Virus record (IMG/VR): IMGVR_UViG_3300037336_000152
Coordinates: 1-59,133 of that record
DNA length: 59,133 nt
Strand: one strand, 5' to 3'
Origin: a virus
Lineage: Duplodnaviria > Caudoviricetes
Both the position numbers and the translations under genes were made by a program. Numbering within the stretch: position 1 is the stretch's first letter; each line of letters opens with the position of its first letter. This document shows positions 56,526 to 59,133 of this stretch, piece by piece. Under the pieces are notes generated by a model. It ran no database searches, had not been told where the DNA came from, and saw only the letters and a program-made list of their open reading frames with translations.

Positions 56526-57278
56526 TCACTTCAGGGCTGGTGCTGGCGGTGTCGGCTGCGGCACAACTGGCTGAGACGAAGAAACTGCCGATGGCTGGAT
56601 GACAGGTACTGAATGATGGGAAGCCTTGTTGATGTAGGTTAGCAAGCCAACCGTCGCACCAATAATCGCAATCGCAATACCGAGACCCCATTTGATAAGG
56701 TCAGAAGTATTCTTGTGCATCTCCGTTTGCAACTTGGCCATTTCCGTACGCATTTCGGCGAAACCTACCCGCACGTCCGCAAATCCTGTTTTGATGCTTG
56801 CGTCGAAGTTGGCAAGGCGTGCGTCAATCTTCGCTTCCGAAGCAGCGATCTTTGCATCTACTTCCTGGCGGGTCAGATCAGTCATAGTTGCATCATTGGG
56901 CAGTTCTTCGTTATTGTCAACCACGGAGTGGGCGCGAATCGGCTTAGAGGTCGGCGCAGGGGCATCATCAACTGGAGGTGTTAGCGAGGCAAAGTCTTCG
57001 GCCAGCGCCATTATCTCGGCCAATCGCTTTGCGCCATCTTCGGTGGACGGGTTGGTGTCTTGCGCGGCCCGCTTGAATTCTTTCCTCGTTGTAATCCCTT
57101 CAAGCCCGAGTGCTCTCAGCCGCTCGCCAATGGTCGCGGCCATCGTGTTTTGCCGTCTGGCGTGCTGAATATAGGCCTCAAACCCCTCACCAGCCCGGTC
57201 AAGAGTTTCGGTTTTACTCGGCGCCGCCGCCTTTGTTGCTTGCGTCGACGGCTTGCGCCTATCTTTTATGGATGCCAT
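56526..57278 (-). CDS. Moron: TMP-like N-domain + coiled coil + C-terminal TM + Pro-rich tail
   Basis: Residues IGERL...PPVD align with the tape measure protein; TRQEVDAKI...EMAKL...LIKWGLGIAIAIIG DUF1640/CCDC90-like stalk and anchor. Confidence 0.8.
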   Translation of the reverse strand: MASIKDRRKPSTQATKAAAPSKTETLDRAGEGFEAYIQHARRQNTMAATIGERLRALGLEGITTRKEFKRAAQDTNPSTEDGAKRLAEIMALAEDFASLTPPVDDAPAPTSKPIRAHSVVDNNEELPNDATMTDLTRQEVDAKIAASEAKIDARLANFDASIKTGFADVRVGFAEMRTEMAKLQTEMHKNTSDLIKWGLGIAIAIIGATVGLLTYINKASHHSVPVIQPSAVSSSQPVVPQPTPPAPALK

Positions 57279-57556
57279 TTAGGCCTTTCAAGTTCGCCTG
57301 CGCGCCATTCTGGCTTACCCACTACAATCGCCCGCCACCACTCGCCCAGGCTGGTAGGCGATGCGGCCGACAAAGATCGCCCCCATCAATCGCCGCGGCC
57401 TGTTGTGGGTTGTAATTCACCTGTAAGTCCTTATTTCTACGCCATGAACGAGAATTTTCCGCATCGATGACCATGCTTTTTCGGAACACCACTTTGGGTT
57501 TTGGGGTGCAGCTGGCGTAGTCGGTGACGTCACCGTCACCCATGTGTCTACACTTC

Positions 57557-57916
57557 TCAGAATGCAAGTGCCTGAATTTTTGTAAATGTTTTAGCGTCAG
57601 TAGTGGCAAGCATCTTCTTTCCATCCTTCATTATCAGAATGAAAGTAACATCCTTGCCCCTGCCTCCGAGCAAAAGGCCCGCCAAAAGCCCAACAGGTCC
57701 GAGCAATACGCCGCCAGCAAGTCCCCATCCAACTGTGCCGCCAGTGCGCTTTACATCCTCCTCGGATGCGACGGATGCCGACTCAACCTGCCCAATAAGA
57801 GTGACGGTCTTCCCTATAAGTCCATCGCCAGGCTGCCATGCCAGCAAGATGACACTGGCAGATGCAGAGTGCCTACCCTTCGGGAAGTCGCCAGCATGTA
57901 TTTCAATTGTCGCCAT
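57557..57916 (-). CDS. Moron (cassette B): glycine-zipper membrane protein
   Basis: IHAGDF...EEDVKR.GGTVGWGLAGGVLLGPVGLLAGLLLGG...VTF...KDG...LA; GGAGGA RBS. Confidence 0.75.
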   Translation of the reverse strand: MATIEIHAGDFPKGRHSASASVILLAWQPGDGLIGKTVTLIGQVESASVASEEDVKRTGGTVGWGLAGGVLLGPVGLLAGLLLGGRGKDVTFILIMKDGKKMLATTDAKTFTKIQALAF

Positions 57917-58083
57917 ATATCCTCCACTCGGCATCATCGCGTGCCGTGTCGCCCATTGATTATACGCAAAAAAAAATGATGAAATCTAACCAATTGTTGC
58001 TATGTCGCACATAGCCATGATGTGAGAATTTGTTAGTTTTAAAGCATCAAAGTAATCGTAAAAACGCTTATTGTTCTGCGCAT

Positions 58084-58099
58084 GTAGGAGTTGTCCTAC
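58084..58099. promoter_or_regulatory. Palindromic operator GTAGGA-N4-TCCTAC upstream of smORF B
   Basis: Same palindrome as 1666-1681; TATAGT -10 at 58104-58109. Confidence 0.65.
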
Positions 58100-58138
58100 T
58101 GGGTATAGTTGCCTTTTCAATCGTACCTGGAGTCATCA

Positions 58139-58375
58139 ATGCAAGATGTGCAGCAACTATTAAATCTTTATGAGCGTACCAATGAGATTGGCAGGGACTT
58201 TCTCATTGACCAGGCCAAGAAATGTGTGCGGGACTGGCCGGCGAATGTTGTGGCGACCCTACCCACCCTTAGACTCGTCCCGCCTCTGCCCGTCCGTACG
58301 CCGCATGGCCGACTCGACGCCATTGGAAATCATTCGTCGTGCCACCTCGTCGCCAAGACGCCATGCAATAAGTAA
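58139..58375 (+). CDS. Small protein convergent with cI-B; putative antirepressor
   Basis: CTGGAG RBS; QQLLNLYERTNEIGRDFLID...PTLRLVP. Confidence 0.6.
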   Translation: MQDVQQLLNLYERTNEIGRDFLIDQAKKCVRDWPANVVATLPTLRLVPPLPVRTPHGRLDAIGNHSSCHLVAKTPCNK

Positions 58376-58672
58376 TCGCAATTCATCCGTCGATCTGGCA
58401 CCGTCACTCAATAAGCTATTTGAGTCGCCATCATTGCTTTTTTCATGGTCTCGGTCCATCCATCCGACAGGCTTATCGCAACCATGTTCAAGCTTGCGCG
58501 CTAGGGCGTCACCTACGCCACGAACCGTTCCTGTAGACGACTGAGCGCCAGTCAATATTTGACTCAGGTACATGGGGGCCGTGAGCGCCCGCTTAGCCAC
58601 GTCGTCGGCGGTCTTAAATTCGGCCACCAGGGAGCGCAGGTTTTTCAGTCTCAATTCTTTTGATGTGGCCAT
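58259..58672 (-). CDS. cI: CI-like repressor, cassette B (no S24 peptidase domain)
   Basis: R..NLR.L...YLSQI...RGVGDALARKLE...P.GWMD..H HTH family; divergent from cro. Confidence 0.85.
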   Translation of the reverse strand: MATSKELRLKNLRSLVAEFKTADDVAKRALTAPMYLSQILTGAQSSTGTVRGVGDALARKLEHGCDKPVGWMDRDHEKSNDGDSNSLLSDGARSTDELRLLIAWRLGDEVARRMISNGVESAMRRTDGQRRDESKGG

Positions 58673-58685
58673 GTCGATATTAAAT

Positions 58686-58750
58686 AGCATTGCGCTCATT
58701 TGGAGAATGTGCAAATTGCTATTGCAAAACCAAAAGCAAATTGCTATAGT
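58686..58750. promoter_or_regulatory. OR/pR of cassette B
   Basis: Sites AGCATTGCGCT, TGCAAATTGCT, AGCAAATTGCT; TTGCAA-N17-TATAGT. Confidence 0.85.
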
Positions 58751-58756
58751 TGGTGC

Positions 58757-59056
58757 ATGAAACTTCTCAGATACGTCCAGACACACAGTACTCAGCGCGA
58801 ACTTGCCGTTAAGTTGGGCATTACACCGGTACTCATCAGCCAGTGGGCCAACGAATCAAGGCCAGTACCGCCAGAGCGATGCGTTGAGCTGGAGATGGCA
58901 ACTGACGGGATGGTTACTCGTCGTGATCTGCGCCCGGACGATTGGTTGCGCATCTGGCCAGAACTTCGTCCCACCCGCAAGCCATTAGCCAAAACCGTCA
59001 TGGAGACGGGAGTCGATCAGACTGACCCGAACTGCGTTGCACAAAACCCCAAATAA
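58757..59056 (+). CDS. cro: Cro/YdaS-family regulator, cassette B
   Basis: QRELAVKLGITPVLISQWANESRPVPPERCVELEMATDGMVTRRDLRPDDW..IWPEL. Confidence 0.9.
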   Translation: MKLLRYVQTHSTQRELAVKLGITPVLISQWANESRPVPPERCVELEMATDGMVTRRDLRPDDWLRIWPELRPTRKPLAKTVMETGVDQTDPNCVAQNPK

Positions 59057-59133
59057 CCAGGACGCCAAATTAACACCCGCATCACCCGAAGTCCTGAACC
59101 CACGAAAGCAAGCCATGAGCCTTGAAACCAAAC

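Larger units (their letters stand above)
1..59133. mobile_element. Complete temperate HK97-like siphophage genome (circular form; about 56.4 kb with cassette B, about 57.3 kb with cassette A)
   Basis: Full set of head, tail, lysis, integration, recombination, replication and immunity modules; both contig ends overlap internal positions; attP is intact. Confidence 0.95.

Overview
The window is a complete temperate lambdoid siphophage with an HK97-type head, in its excised/circular form: attP is intact next to the integrase and carries a tRNA(Leu-like) 3' end. The host is probably a betaproteobacterium (Oxalobacteraceae-like, inferred from gene content). Gene order: immunity - early right (Rha, three DNA methyltransferases genome-wide, SNF2 helicase, replication initiator, RusA, Q-like) - packaging/head - accessory filament-like genes - tail - lysis - int/attP/xis - early left (DUF1566 pair, repeat proteins, NinB, exonuclease, RecT) - pL - morons - immunity. 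The contig is not a simple circle. Bases 1-126 equal 57259-57384 and bases 59007-59133 equal 2650-2776, so two alternative, heteroimmune cassettes (A about 143-2617, B about 57398-58974) sit between the same flanks. The pL operators match only cassette B. Most notable observations: (1) a membrane-anchored moron carrying an ungapped 22/55-identical copy of a segment of the phage's own tape measure protein, plus a second moron sharing the TMP's DUF4214-like domain; (2) in both cassettes, a non-cleavable CI paired with a convergent small ORF resembling the CI C-terminal domain, behind a conserved GTAGGA-N4-TCCTAC palindrome (candidate non-SOS induction switch); (3) two DUF1566 genes with a DGR variable-region signature but no RT or template in the genome; (4) a head-region cassette with WTEAAD repeats. 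All product calls come from visual motif recognition, not database searches.
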